From Trichomonas gallinae (lineage: Eukaryota), in NCBI GenBank assembly GCA_008369845.1, contig MRSU01004861.1, positions 1 to 35,094 on the forward strand: a stretch of 35,094 bases of DNA, read 5' to 3'. The notes under the pieces are model-generated. The model did no database searches and had not been told where the DNA came from. It worked only from the letters and a program-made list of their open reading frames with translations. Below are positions 1-10,986 of this stretch, piece by piece (within the stretch, counting starts at the first letter, position 1; every line of letters begins with the position of its first letter). The position numbers were made by a program, and so were the translations under genes.

Positions 1-402
1 AAGTCCTTGTCTCGTGGGAAATATTGGAGCCAAATGTCATAATATCCTAGATGAATGAATTTTCATCTTCACTGTAACAATTACTACATGTGAATATAAA
101 AAGTGAATTTATTGGCCAAATTGTCACTTTATGTTTACATTTGTTCGTTTTGTCAAAAATACAATATAAGGTTATTTTCTTCTGAATTGTATCGAATTTC
201 AATTGAAAATAATCGTAATAAAAGTGACGGTTTAAGCTAATTTTTTGTTTTCATTTTGTCCAAAATATAAAGCAAATGCTTAAAATAAAAGCGATAAAAT
301 GAATAGACTATTAAAGATGTTTTTGTTGTTATATTCATAAGTCTTTGAAAATGATCAATTAAAATTTGTCATTATTATGAAAATTATAGAATTTAATTTT
401 AT

Positions 403-972
403 TTAACAACATCCTGTGCCTTGTTCATTCTTCTTGGCTTGAATGATTTCCATAGCCGATTCTGCATCCAAACTCGCGATACTCACGAATAAGTCTCTAA
501 TTCCATCACCTGTAAGCGCAGAAACTTCCCTGTAGAATATTAAGTCGTTGTCAATCTGGAATTTCTCTGCTTCTTCTTGAGAAACTTGTCTGTGTGCTTC
601 CAAGTCTGTTTTATTTCCGACCAAGATGATTTTAATGTCAGGAGGAGCGTTTCCTTTGAGATCTCCGAGCCAACGGCCCAGATTTTCGAAGGAATTTCTA
701 TCAGCGATGTCGTAACAAAGTAATGCGTAATTTGCATTCCTGTAGTACGTTGAAGTTATCGACATAAACTTTTCCTGTCCAGCTGTATCCCAAATGTGAA
801 GCCGAACTGGTCCCTGTGGCCTTTTAATAACAAATGTTAAAAAAGATGCTCCTATTGTTGGCGAAACATCGTTGTTTATTGTGCCGGTGACCAATTTATC
901 GACAATGCACGTCTTTCCAACCTGCGTGTTTCCAACAAGGACGACTTTGAAAGCAATTCCTTGTCTAGACAT
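403..972 (-). CDS. Rab-family small GTPase
   Basis: P-loop GNTQVGKT, WDTAGQE, YYRNA, GNKTDL, EVSALTG and C-terminal CC prenylation motif; the stop codon sits in TAAA. Confidence 0.96.
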   Translation of the reverse strand: MSRQGIAFKVVLVGNTQVGKTCIVDKLVTGTINNDVSPTIGASFLTFVIKRPQGPVRLHIWDTAGQEKFMSITSTYYRNANYALLCYDIADRNSFENLGRWLGDLKGNAPPDIKIILVGNKTDLEAHRQVSQEEAEKFQIDNDLIFYREVSALTGDGIRDLFVSIASLDAESAMEIIQAKKNEQGTGCC

Positions 973-1698
973 TGAAAAAAGTCACTTTTTATTTCTTTGC
1001 CATTTTCTAATTTTGATAAATATAAATTGTGCATGTTTTTATGAGTATTATTTTTTTCTGAAAAAAGTGACTTTTTCTCTTTGTCTGATCGAATCTGGGC
1101 CTTGTTACTCTATCAGTGTATATATAAATGTATATCACATTAAAAAAACATTTCCAAAATCATATATGATCAATATTTATGATTTTTTATCAATTTTATT
1201 ACTTAATTACTCTTTAGATTCTAGTATAGTTATTTATACCTTATATATCAACTAAATCTATTAAACTATATAGATAAACATACTTGTGTTTTATTTTTTG
1301 ATAAAATATTGCTTTATTCTTGTTGAAAAGATGTAATTATCATTTATACTATGCATATTTGATATAGCGATTAATCTGCGTCGATAAACTACTATTGTTT
1401 ATCAACAAATTGAATTATGCGATAATTTGTACTTAGTGTTATTGTAAATATCTATTAATAAATTGAACGGCAGCATCAAGTTGTATAGACTTGATGTATC
1501 ATCCCTGAACTGAAGATTTAGGATAACATACGCTTATATAATATCCTGTACCGATATGCGAATGAAAAGTAACATGTTTACATCACAGATTTGACACGTA
1601 AAGTGTCCAAAAAGTGACAGTGTCGAAACAGGGGCTCAAATTTCAAAAGTGACATTCAATGAAGATTTCATCTCTTTTTAGAAACTGCTAAGAGAGAG

Positions 1699-1760
1699 TG
1701 CCACTTGTCTTCAGCAGAGTGTGATGATGTATCATGACACTCTGCTGAAGACAAATGGCA
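1699..1760. repeat. Near-perfect inverted repeat (30-nt arms, 28 pairs)
   Basis: 1699-1728 TGCCACTTGTCTTCAGCAGAGTGTGATGAT pairs with 1731-1760; mismatches only at 1704/1755 and 1723/1736. Confidence 0.95.
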
Positions 1761-1765
1761 TCAAT

Positions 1766-1866
1766 TTCTGTTGATCTCGCTCGAAATCTAAATTCATTGA
1801 TGTCTCAACAGAGCCTCTGAGACTGTGTATGCCTCAGATATTGCGCCTTCTGTTGATCTCGCTCGA
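1766..1866 (+). repeat. 19-nt exact direct repeat, 82-nt spacing
   Basis: TTCTGTTGATCTCGCTCGA at 1766-1784 and 1848-1866, with imperfect similarity continuing downstream (CTAAA..TTC..GATG). Confidence 0.93.
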
Positions 1867-2726
1867 GAACTAAACTTCGATGAATTTACCATTTTAATTA
1901 ATTAGGCAATTATTATGTTGTTATCAAGTATACAATTTCATCAAATTGAAAATCGTTTTATTGACTTCGACAGAATGATCATATAAGTTCAAAGTAGTTC
2001 ACATCTCACTATATGCAACTAATACTATATTTTTACGCTACTACAAATTATCTTCCAAAGTTACATCCCTACTTCTATGTATAAGGGACCGCTACAGCCA
2101 AATAGTGACCTATCGTCGCGTGATTATTTTTCATTTTTTTTGCACCTTTTTTGGAACAACAAAACACAAAAAACTCGAAAAATACGACTTTGTTCCATTC
2201 GATTTATCTAATGAAGAGGATGAAATCTTCCAAAGATGAAGGCTTCAATTTTAAAATATAAATCTAGCAAGAAAATTATTTCAATTTATCTATAATTATA
2301 TTGTTTTTTGTACTATATGTAACCTGTGAAATCATTTGGTAACAAAATTTTTGCAAATACTATTGTAATTATTGATGAGTTCGAAATTATTTTGTTTTAG
2401 ATTGCCTTGTCAATCACACCAACTAAAAGAATATACGTGTTTGGATTGATCTTTATAAAATCCATCGATTAAAATATTATTATAAAAATAGACAAAAGTG
2501 ACTAAAGAATTATAATATAATATACAAAAATGATTATAATTTAGGGGCGTTTAGGGTGAATAATCGAAATTTTTAAATTTTGATTAAAATTCAAATGATT
2601 TCAATGTAAACTTCGTGTATAAACTAGTTGAGTAAAAAACAATGATATTTTAAATTCAAATAATTATGTATGGGGAAAAATTTAATGTTCAATAAAAATT
2701 AATAAACAAACAAAAGAAATTTCGCA

Positions 2727-4538
2727 CTAAACATTGATCTCATGTGGCTTCAGTCCTTCTACGTATATTATTATCTTCGCTGGCTCATTGGCAGAATTCT
2801 TTGTGAATTTTGTCAAAGCGTTCATTGTAGGGAAAATGACGCCTTTTGTGTTCTGCAGTGTAGCACCAACAGCCTCAGCTCTCCACCTCAACCAGCAGCA
2901 TCCAACATTTGCTATGTCGAGGTATTCATCAACAACTTTATATTTGACTATAGGTGTTGAGAAAAGTTTTGCTTCTTTCTTCTTCTTTTCCATCAAGTCG
3001 CACAAAAACTCGTAGTTCTTTCTCTGTATGATAGGAATCGGGAATTGGAACAGTGCGAAAACAGGCCTGTGGTCCGAAATCCTCGCATTCATGTATGTAT
3101 AAGTCAAACATGTCGGCGGTGATGGGTAGTTAACTGGGAACTCATCTGTGCCGAAATTATCATCTGTTTCGAACTTGAAACAGTTGTTGATTTTCGTTCT
3201 CAAAAGATCTGTTTCGAAAATGAATTTGTCTGTTGGCCCAACTTTTATTCTAGGCGGAGATGTGCGAACAATGACGCGGTCTGTGTATGCTGGAGCTCTG
3301 TGCTTTGGTCCTGTATCGAAATCATCAGTGCCTTTATCGTATTTATAAGTTGGCGCGAATTTTATTTCTCCTTCTGTAAAACCTTTCATTAAATCAGTGA
3401 AATTCAAAGCTGCTTTAAGTTGATCTGTTTCAAGTAGCTCTTCAATGTTTCCTTCGTTCGCTAGTTCGACTGCTTTTTCGTATGTGATCATCAGTCTGAA
3501 ATTCATATCGCCTAAAATTACGACGTAATCACATTCAGGAATTTGCTTCAATATCAGCTCAAGCTGCTGCAGTCTTTCCTTGTAATGGCCTGTGTGAGGG
3601 GCCAGATGGCAGCCTACAACAAAGAAAGAAGCCTCCGATGCAACGATGTTGTATATTAAAGCACTTTTGTTCGCGAGAATTCCTGCGACACCAAGTCTTA
3701 ATGTTTGAGGCTCTCTGACTGAGAAATACTCAGCAAATTCAGGTCTAACGAACAGGGCTGAGAAAACACCACCGAGTGATTCGCATTTAATGAGCGCGTA
3801 GTCTAATTGAACTGCATGCATAATTTTTCTAAAAACTCTGAGCCATTCACCTTTCGCTGCTGATGATCCGATAACTATTGACTCTGTTCCATAATTTATT
3901 TCTTCTAAAACTACAAATAATGCATCCATTCTCGGTCCGGAAAAAATTGCTGATATTGGATTGATAATTTCATCGGTTACTTTAGCTTCTCCAACATTCC
4001 ATGTCAAGAATCCGAACTTGAGGCCGTAAATTTCTGTTATAAATGGCTTATTTGATTCCAAGACCCTTTGTTTCCATGTTTTCTCTGCTAATGGAGAGTC
4101 AATTGGAAGTAAAACTGAAGCTATTTCTGCTGTACCTTTAGTTAAGTTGGTTGGGCGAGTTTGTGGTTGAGTAAATGTATTAATAAAGTTGGCGTTCTCC
4201 TGTGCAAACATTGATTCTATCTTTGTAGTTAGTTTGGAGCAAATATTGAACTGCGATATAAAAACTTCTAAATCGTTCGAATTTGAGAATTCAAAAATAA
4301 TTTCCTTTTCGTTATGTTCGTGAAATCTTAGCAATAAATCGATCTCATTATATTCCATTTCGATTAAGATGCTCACAGGAGTAATAAACTGAATATTGAA
4401 CTGGTCAGAAATTGCAAGATGAGCAAAAGCGACAGAAGCCTTTTCGAGAATGATCGATAATGTGAATACATCGTCATAGCCTTTCAGTTTGACTGGAATA
4501 TGCAGCCATTTCGAGCAGCTTTTGAAGAAAGAAAACAT
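2727..4538 (-). CDS. Inositol polyphosphate 5-phosphatase (INPP5B/OCRL-like catalytic domain)
   Basis: TWNV, GCHLAPH, GDMNFR, PTYKYD, PAYTDRV and SDHRPV 5-phosphatase motifs. Confidence 0.93.
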   Translation of the reverse strand: MFSFFKSCSKWLHIPVKLKGYDDVFTLSIILEKASVAFAHLAISDQFNIQFITPVSILIEMEYNEIDLLLRFHEHNEKEIIFEFSNSNDLEVFISQFNICSKLTTKIESMFAQENANFINTFTQPQTRPTNLTKGTAEIASVLLPIDSPLAEKTWKQRVLESNKPFITEIYGLKFGFLTWNVGEAKVTDEIINPISAIFSGPRMDALFVVLEEINYGTESIVIGSSAAKGEWLRVFRKIMHAVQLDYALIKCESLGGVFSALFVRPEFAEYFSVREPQTLRLGVAGILANKSALIYNIVASEASFFVVGCHLAPHTGHYKERLQQLELILKQIPECDYVVILGDMNFRLMITYEKAVELANEGNIEELLETDQLKAALNFTDLMKGFTEGEIKFAPTYKYDKGTDDFDTGPKHRAPAYTDRVIVRTSPPRIKVGPTDKFIFETDLLRTKINNCFKFETDDNFGTDEFPVNYPSPPTCLTYTYMNARISDHRPVFALFQFPIPIIQRKNYEFLCDLMEKKKKEAKLFSTPIVKYKVVDEYLDIANVGCCWLRWRAEAVGATLQNTKGVIFPTMNALTKFTKNSANEPAKIIIYVEGLKPHEINV

Positions 4539-5139
4539 TTTTGAAATTTGACATCGTTTGATTTAAATTTCGAAAAATGCGAAATTTTAGCAAAATACTT
4601 ATTATTATAGCATTAATTTCACTTTTTACTAACAAACTTTGTCTGGAAATTGAAAATTCAAAGAAAAAATTAGAATTCACACCAAAAATCAATAATTCCA
4701 ACTTTAATGTAATGGAATTTAACCAATATTTTTAAATACTATGCAATAAATTTCATTCTTCCATTCCAGCAAATAAGGTTAAATGTTGAAATAACCTTAA
4801 TGGTTGAGATTCTGAAGTTTACAAATCATAATCTACTGATTTATGTTAAAGTTTGAGATATCCACTACTAATATTCATCAATGTTGCCTGTTGGCATGCA
4901 TAAACTGCATCAACTCATTTATATTATGTGTTGAACTCTTCAAGAATAAAATTTGACACGTTACTTAGCGTTTGACATTTTACATGTCAGGATCTGAAAA
5001 ATGGCAAATTTTAATCAAAATAGTCAAAAATTATATTGAAATGTATAAGATAGGAAGATATATTTGGCTTGGATATGTTTTTGTTTGATATATAATGTTT
5101 ACAAAAAAAATAAAAAAGAATGAAAAACAAATTATTGTC

Positions 5140-8100
5140 TTACTCTGTGTTTCCTTCCTTTGCTGGAGATAGCTGTGTGCTGAGTTTCTTGCGAAGCATG
5201 TCATTGTGTGTCTCCATGTCGAGAAGCTCAATGTTCTTGCCCTCTTCGAGATCTGATATTTCTTGCTCGAGATCCTTGATTTCGTGCGAAACTTCAAGCA
5301 AAAACTGATCAGATACATCAGCAAACTCAAGGAATTGCTCCTTCTGGTTCTTCCTTGATGCACCTTCAACAATGCCGCGTGTGTTGAGGCTCTTCATGTG
5401 CTGATAGAGAGATTCAGTGTTGTAGCGCTTCCTCTCCGAGTATCCTGTCTTTTGAGTCTCCTTGACTATTTGCCTGAACAAGTTGTCTCTCTCAGTGTGG
5501 AGATCACGCAATTGCTGCCTCAATGCAGCACTCTCGTTCGCTCTCTGTGTTGTGAATGGAGAAACTTTTGTTGTCGGTGCTGAAAATCTGCCGAGAACCT
5601 GTGCGAACTCTGATGGAGTGAAAACTGCTTTTTCGTGAGGGAATCCTAACACTTCGATGCTCTTCTTCAGTCTCAGATTCGTCCTCAATGCTTCTTGGAG
5701 CTGCTCTGCGATGAAATCAGCTTCTGTCCTTGGCTGGCAGAACTCTTCATCTCTCAACAATAAAGAAATAACGCTGGACATTTCTGTGTCGAAATGAGGA
5801 ACTGATGAATCAGAGTCTCCCTGGTTCTTCTTCAGTTTCTCGAGCTCTTGGTTTAGCTCATCTCTCCTCTTTCTCAAATCATCAACAACTTTTTTGGCGA
5901 GGTCTTGCTTGTCTTGCGCTTCCTTCATGTGTTCTTCGAATCTGTCAACTTCAGCTTGAGCGTCAGCAATTTTTTTCTTGACTGTTTCAGGATACTGGTT
6001 GATCGCTTTCGTTGTTTTCTCTATTTCATCTTTCATCGATTGATTCACACGCTTCGCCTGATTGAAGTGAGCCTCTGCGACTTGTTCAGGTGTCAATGTC
6101 TCAGCCAAGCTCAACAGATAAGCAGTGCGAGGTAAAGTAAGAACTTGGTATCCAATGTCATTTAAGTCAATTTTGCTGTTATATGCTTGGAAGTCTGCGA
6201 CTAATTTCATGAATGATGTATCATTGTTTGTTGCAATTGGGTGTTCGAAGAAGTCAATGATGAACCTGACTGATGATATCTTGTCGATTATCTTCATGAT
6301 TTTACGCCTGTAAACAAAAGCATCGATTGACATATTTTGTCCGAGTGTTGATTTCTGTTTGTTTCTGATTGTCGATGATAATAAATTCAACCTTCTTTCC
6401 ATGTTAAACAAAGTGATTCTTGATGGAACGAAAGAAAACTCTCTGAGGCAGACTTCGATCTTGTCAACTGTGTTGTCGTATTCGGAATCATTGAATATTG
6501 AGCTGTTTGTTGTTATAGACTTCAAGAGTGGAACAATTTGTGAGAATTCGACATATAATCGTTTGTGGTCAACATAGTTCTCCATTGTCTTCCACTGAGT
6601 TATAAGCTCCTGAGATTTGCCGGTGACTTCGTAGTCAGTCCAGAATTGGAATGCATTATTATTAGTCATTTGTTCTGTTTCGTCAATCTTTGATTTGACG
6701 TCGTTGACTTTGTCAGCAAAAATCAAGTTCGCAGCTATCAATGCTTTGGCTTCTTTCGCCAATGTATTGAGAATGTTGTGATTAAAGGCCATTCTGAGGA
6801 CTCTCTGTTCATTGACGTCATTGTGGTTCTTCATGAACTTGAACAAGAGTAAGCAATTCTCTAAGTGACTCAAAATCAAGTCTTCGTCAGATTTGATTCC
6901 CTCTGCCATAAGTAAATCTTGTAGTCTGACGATGCTGAGGAGTGTTGTCATCTTGCTTTTGAAGACATCTATGTCTGGGAAGTTTCCGAATAACATCGAA
7001 TTAAACAAGTTGCGCATGTCAGCGAAAACCTGCTCGATGTCTGATGGATATACTACCCTGAATGCTTCGATTTTGTCGAGTAAGCTGTAAACATATTTGA
7101 TGACGTCTGTTTTGACAGGAATATTGACAGTGGTCATTAAATCGTTGAGCATTGAATTTGCTTCGTTCTCGCTGAATGCATCGCTGAACATAAGGTGTAG
7201 ATTGAGCTGAGCTGCTGCATTGATCATTGCGCTCTTGTCTGCTTTGTATGCTGGATCTTTGAGGAGTCCGATGGCAGAATCTACTGCATTGATGTACTTG
7301 GTGAGTCCATCGTTCGATGCTCTTACGTTTTTAATGCATCCGATTTGTTTAGAAAATTCTGTGTTAATTCTGTCGATAACTCGCAGGAAATCTGTGTATC
7401 CACCGTATGTGTTGCAGATGTCCCTGATGTCGAGTGTTCTGCCCAATGAATACTGGAAGAATAAAGCAGCAGATTCAATCCATTGAAGAGAACCTACTTT
7501 GTAGTTTTTGAGCTTGTTGGCCTGAGCAAAAAATGGAGCATTATCAGCCCTGAACCTGATATCTGAGATAAGTGCTCCAAAATCCTCCTTTGGTGTCATA
7601 ATTTTGCAGAAATATTCGCTGGATGGATGATATTTGAGCAGATTTTGTATTTGCTGCTCATTGTCTTTAACTCTCGACAATGAAACGAGAAAAGTCAAAT
7701 ATGCTTCGTATCTTGTTAAGAAATATTCATTACTTGGCTGGAAAGCCATTCCAACTGTTTTAAGCTGCTCATTAGCGCTTGTTAAGATCTTAACTGTCCT
7801 GTAAATGTCACTCTTTGAGTCTAATGATGGTAAAATTTGAACAATTAATGTGCAACGTTCTGCTGTTAAAACGCAGCATGTATAGAAGATTCTGAAAGTT
7901 ATGAGCCTCCTAAACAATAAAACTGTCGTTGTAAAATCTGTATTAACTGAATTTTGTGCGGATTGAGACAAAATTACATAAAGTGATAGTAACGAATATA
8001 CGTTTTTCGCTGAGCTGCATATGTTGTTATATAATGATTGTATTTCTGCTACATCTTGAGACATTCTCGGATAATTAATGCAGAAAGAAGAAGAAATTGT

Positions 8101-9144
8101 TGTTAATTTCTCGATCAAATCTTGTTCTCTGGCTGCATGCTTGTTAAAGAATTTCGGATTCATCGCTTTAATCAAAATATCCCATTTATCTTTAACAGCG
8201 ACGTCATTGTGAATCTTTAACGAGATTAAAATCGAGTTAATGATATCGAAATTCTTTGAGAGCCAAGCTTGATCAGTATCATCCATTGGAAAAGAAACTA
8301 AATTTCTTAATAAGATTTGCATCATTTTTGTGGCGCCAACTAACATTGGGCGGGCCATCTGCTGCCTTGTAACTGGTGGGAAATGCATCAACTTTTGACT
8401 ATTTGACAAAATTTGCATCGTTTCTTTTAATTTAGCGAATCTGTATGAGAATAATGTATAATCTTCGACATTCTTGAATGCAGTAACAAATGGAGGAAGT
8501 ATTGTTTGGTTCCAATCTTTTCCTTTTTCAGCGCGAATAATCCTGAAAATTTCTTGTCTTGCGCGAACAATGTCGTTAAGTGTATTGCTGTATATCTCGC
8601 TTTTAGCGTCAAATTCGACACGTTGTACAAATCCGCTGAGTGAAACGTGAAGATTTTGAATAATATCAGGAATTTTCATCGATATTGGTTTAATTGCTTC
8701 GCATTGTGAGAGTAACTCTGAAATTAACGGTCGGAATTGGAATGGCATCAATGCTTGCGTGCATTTGATAAATTCTTTTTGGAAATATTTCCATGCAGCA
8801 TCATATTCTGATGGTGTAAATATGCCAGAGCTTGATATTTTAACTAAAACCGACTGAAATAGTGGCAAAAATGCCATTAACAGAGAAGTCTGTTGATCTG
8901 GAAGTAAAATGTCGATTGTGAAGAAATTAGTGAATGATTCGATAAGATCAAATATATTTATTTCACCTGGTGCGAGCTGCGACTGCAAAGAACCTGATCC
9001 AGTGCTAATAAAATCTGAAAATTTGCTTGTCGCATGAATAAGATCGAAACACTGCTCGTCCATGTCTTTTGTGATATCTAGCGACTGGAAAGATTTCACA
9101 AGACTCAAGTATTGGTCCTGAATCGAAGAATTTTTCTCAGTCAT
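5140..9144 (-). CDS. Large hypothetical helical protein with C-terminal coiled coil
   Basis: 1334-aa uninterrupted ORF; Inr-like TCACTTT on the minus strand at 9157-9163 just before the ATG; E/K/Q-rich heptads near the C-terminus. Confidence 0.85.
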   Translation of the reverse strand: MTEKNSSIQDQYLSLVKSFQSLDITKDMDEQCFDLIHATSKFSDFISTGSGSLQSQLAPGEINIFDLIESFTNFFTIDILLPDQQTSLLMAFLPLFQSVLVKISSSGIFTPSEYDAAWKYFQKEFIKCTQALMPFQFRPLISELLSQCEAIKPISMKIPDIIQNLHVSLSGFVQRVEFDAKSEIYSNTLNDIVRARQEIFRIIRAEKGKDWNQTILPPFVTAFKNVEDYTLFSYRFAKLKETMQILSNSQKLMHFPPVTRQQMARPMLVGATKMMQILLRNLVSFPMDDTDQAWLSKNFDIINSILISLKIHNDVAVKDKWDILIKAMNPKFFNKHAAREQDLIEKLTTISSSFCINYPRMSQDVAEIQSLYNNICSSAKNVYSLLSLYVILSQSAQNSVNTDFTTTVLLFRRLITFRIFYTCCVLTAERCTLIVQILPSLDSKSDIYRTVKILTSANEQLKTVGMAFQPSNEYFLTRYEAYLTFLVSLSRVKDNEQQIQNLLKYHPSSEYFCKIMTPKEDFGALISDIRFRADNAPFFAQANKLKNYKVGSLQWIESAALFFQYSLGRTLDIRDICNTYGGYTDFLRVIDRINTEFSKQIGCIKNVRASNDGLTKYINAVDSAIGLLKDPAYKADKSAMINAAAQLNLHLMFSDAFSENEANSMLNDLMTTVNIPVKTDVIKYVYSLLDKIEAFRVVYPSDIEQVFADMRNLFNSMLFGNFPDIDVFKSKMTTLLSIVRLQDLLMAEGIKSDEDLILSHLENCLLLFKFMKNHNDVNEQRVLRMAFNHNILNTLAKEAKALIAANLIFADKVNDVKSKIDETEQMTNNNAFQFWTDYEVTGKSQELITQWKTMENYVDHKRLYVEFSQIVPLLKSITTNSSIFNDSEYDNTVDKIEVCLREFSFVPSRITLFNMERRLNLLSSTIRNKQKSTLGQNMSIDAFVYRRKIMKIIDKISSVRFIIDFFEHPIATNNDTSFMKLVADFQAYNSKIDLNDIGYQVLTLPRTAYLLSLAETLTPEQVAEAHFNQAKRVNQSMKDEIEKTTKAINQYPETVKKKIADAQAEVDRFEEHMKEAQDKQDLAKKVVDDLRKRRDELNQELEKLKKNQGDSDSSVPHFDTEMSSVISLLLRDEEFCQPRTEADFIAEQLQEALRTNLRLKKSIEVLGFPHEKAVFTPSEFAQVLGRFSAPTTKVSPFTTQRANESAALRQQLRDLHTERDNLFRQIVKETQKTGYSERKRYNTESLYQHMKSLNTRGIVEGASRKNQKEQFLEFADVSDQFLLEVSHEIKDLEQEISDLEEGKNIELLDMETHNDMLRKKLSTQLSPAKEGNTE

Positions 9145-9578
9145 CTAAATTTTGCAAAAGTGACAAATGGTTATATTTTCTAAAATTGCAAAATTCTATC
9201 AAATATAGATAAATCTTTTCATATGAATCACTTTTTACAAATAAAATTGAAAAATTATTATATTTCATCGAATAAATCATTTATTTATAAACTCCCATAT
9301 ATTGCAATCAATCATATTCATTCCAATATAACTATATTTAAATAGCTAAATCCCAAATTTAAATATTTGAAATTGTTAATAATCAAACTATAAATTTCAA
9401 CTATCATCAATTAGGAGAATAATTTCTATCTTTTTGTTGATTAATATTTTAATGTAAAATTAATCAGTATCAAAAAAATTAAAAATTTGAAAAATTTCGG
9501 AACAGTGAATTTTTGTTAAAGGGAAATGACTAGGATTGGTTCTGGCTACTCTTGTTAATCACTAAAATTGTAAACAGT

Positions 9579-10652
9579 TTATTCTGATTCGTATTTCTTT
9601 GCAAGTTCTTCGAGTTGGTCGCAGATCCAGTCGACATCGTTTGAGCTCAAACCTTGGTGAAGACCAATGAGAATTCCACCTGCGAAAACTTTGTCTGTGT
9701 TGACAAAAACTGCTGGATCAATATTCGGGAACATTATGGCGTAGAATGGCTGTCTGAGGATGTTTCCGGCCATGCATAAGCGTGTTTGGATTCCGCGTGC
9801 TTCAAGCTGTTCTACGATCTCATATCTGTGAGATTTGCAGATCAAAGCCATTGAGAGCCACAATGCCTCATGGTTTGTAGGAAGCTCGTAGAAAGTGTTG
9901 TTACCGAGCCTTCTCCAGTAATGCTCGAAATGTTCCATTCTTGCCTTCTTGAAGTCTTCGAATCTCAATGAATTCTGGTATCCGAACTCTGCACAGTAGT
10001 AAGGAGCGGTGCAATCGAGAGAATCATTGCGAAGCTTTAATAATTTTTGGTAATCTTCGAAATTGTTTGTGAAAACCATTCCACCACATCCACCAGCACT
10101 GATGACATGTGATGCATAGAATGAAACAGTTGCAAACTCTGCATCGCATGATGTGATTGTGTCGCAAGCATCTTCTATCAGAATTACGTGTTTATACTTC
10201 TCACCGAGTGCCTTACGGAGTCCAATGTAGTCGAACTTATCGCCGACAAGGTCTGGAATGAGCACAGCTTTTGTCTTTTCTGTAACTTTTTCCATAACTT
10301 GTTCAATTGATGGAACATAGCGTCCTGGAGCTATATCACAGAACACTGGTGTAGCACCTAAGAAAATAATCGGTGAGACTGTTGTCGGAAATGTGCAGGC
10401 TGGCGTAATAACTTCATCACCCGGCTTAAAACCAGCGCACATGCATGCAAGAAGGTTCGCTGAGCTTCCTGAGTTGACAAAAACGCCATATTTAACCTTG
10501 AATAACTCAGAAACGCGCTTTTCGAATTTTTCGATAATTTTTTGTTGCTCTTCTGGAGTCGCTTTGAGTATCTGTGTAACAGCCTTGATCTCTGGCTCAC
10601 CATAGGACTGAAACATGTTTGGTGAATAGTACATCTTTTTCTGAGTTGTCAT
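9579..10652 (-). CDS. DegT/DnrJ/EryC1/StrS-family PLP/PMP enzyme, RfbH(E1)/ColD-like nucleotide-sugar 3-dehydrase type
   Basis: FVNSGSSANLLA, GDEVITPACTFPTT, IEDACD, SFYASH (His at the usual Lys position), GIQTR...AGNILRQP. Confidence 0.88.
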   Translation of the reverse strand: MTTQKKMYYSPNMFQSYGEPEIKAVTQILKATPEEQQKIIEKFEKRVSELFKVKYGVFVNSGSSANLLACMCAGFKPGDEVITPACTFPTTVSPIIFLGATPVFCDIAPGRYVPSIEQVMEKVTEKTKAVLIPDLVGDKFDYIGLRKALGEKYKHVILIEDACDTITSCDAEFATVSFYASHVISAGGCGGMVFTNNFEDYQKLLKLRNDSLDCTAPYYCAEFGYQNSLRFEDFKKARMEHFEHYWRRLGNNTFYELPTNHEALWLSMALICKSHRYEIVEQLEARGIQTRLCMAGNILRQPFYAIMFPNIDPAVFVNTDKVFAGGILIGLHQGLSSNDVDWICDQLEELAKKYESE

Positions 10653-10986
10653 CTATTTTAGAACGATGAAAAAAAATGTCAAAAATCTTGTCACTTTTTA
10701 CTTCACTTTGACATGTAAATTAACCATATTTGAATATTTCACTTTACAAATGTCAAATATTTTACAAAAAGTTTTCGACTTTCAATTTCATCAATAAAAC
10801 TAAACATTGATTTTTCGGGAGAATGAAATCAGCACAAATCTTCATGATAGAACTAATGATGAAGATAATTTCTCAGATCAAGAATACTCTACTGATATTA
10901 CCTTTTTTGTTTGCTGGTATAATCTGATATTTTTTTGTCATGTAAAATAGACTTTTTTCATTTGTAAATGTCATATTTTTTAACAA

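Noticed and set aside
872..1255. 127-aa + strand ORF and similar F/I/L/K-rich ORFs (5031, 13043, 23292, 24200, 24673)
   Set aside because: Low-complexity translations of AT-rich spacers with no motifs
1626..1705. GGGGCTCA and AGAGAGTGCCAC resemble RNase MRP segments
   Set aside because: They are in the wrong order and no GAAAGUCCCC-type CR-I partner is present
1745..1786. CTGAAGA...GAAA hammerhead-like core
   Set aside because: Stem II does not close correctly and CTGAAGA is buried in the long hairpin
2540..2556. Two TTTAGGG telomere-like units
   Set aside because: Only two non-tandem copies; compatible with chance
4774..4947. Hairpins TAAGGTTA/TAACCTTA and ATTCTGAAG/CTTCAAGAAT
   Set aside because: Short AT-rich stems at a frequency expected by chance
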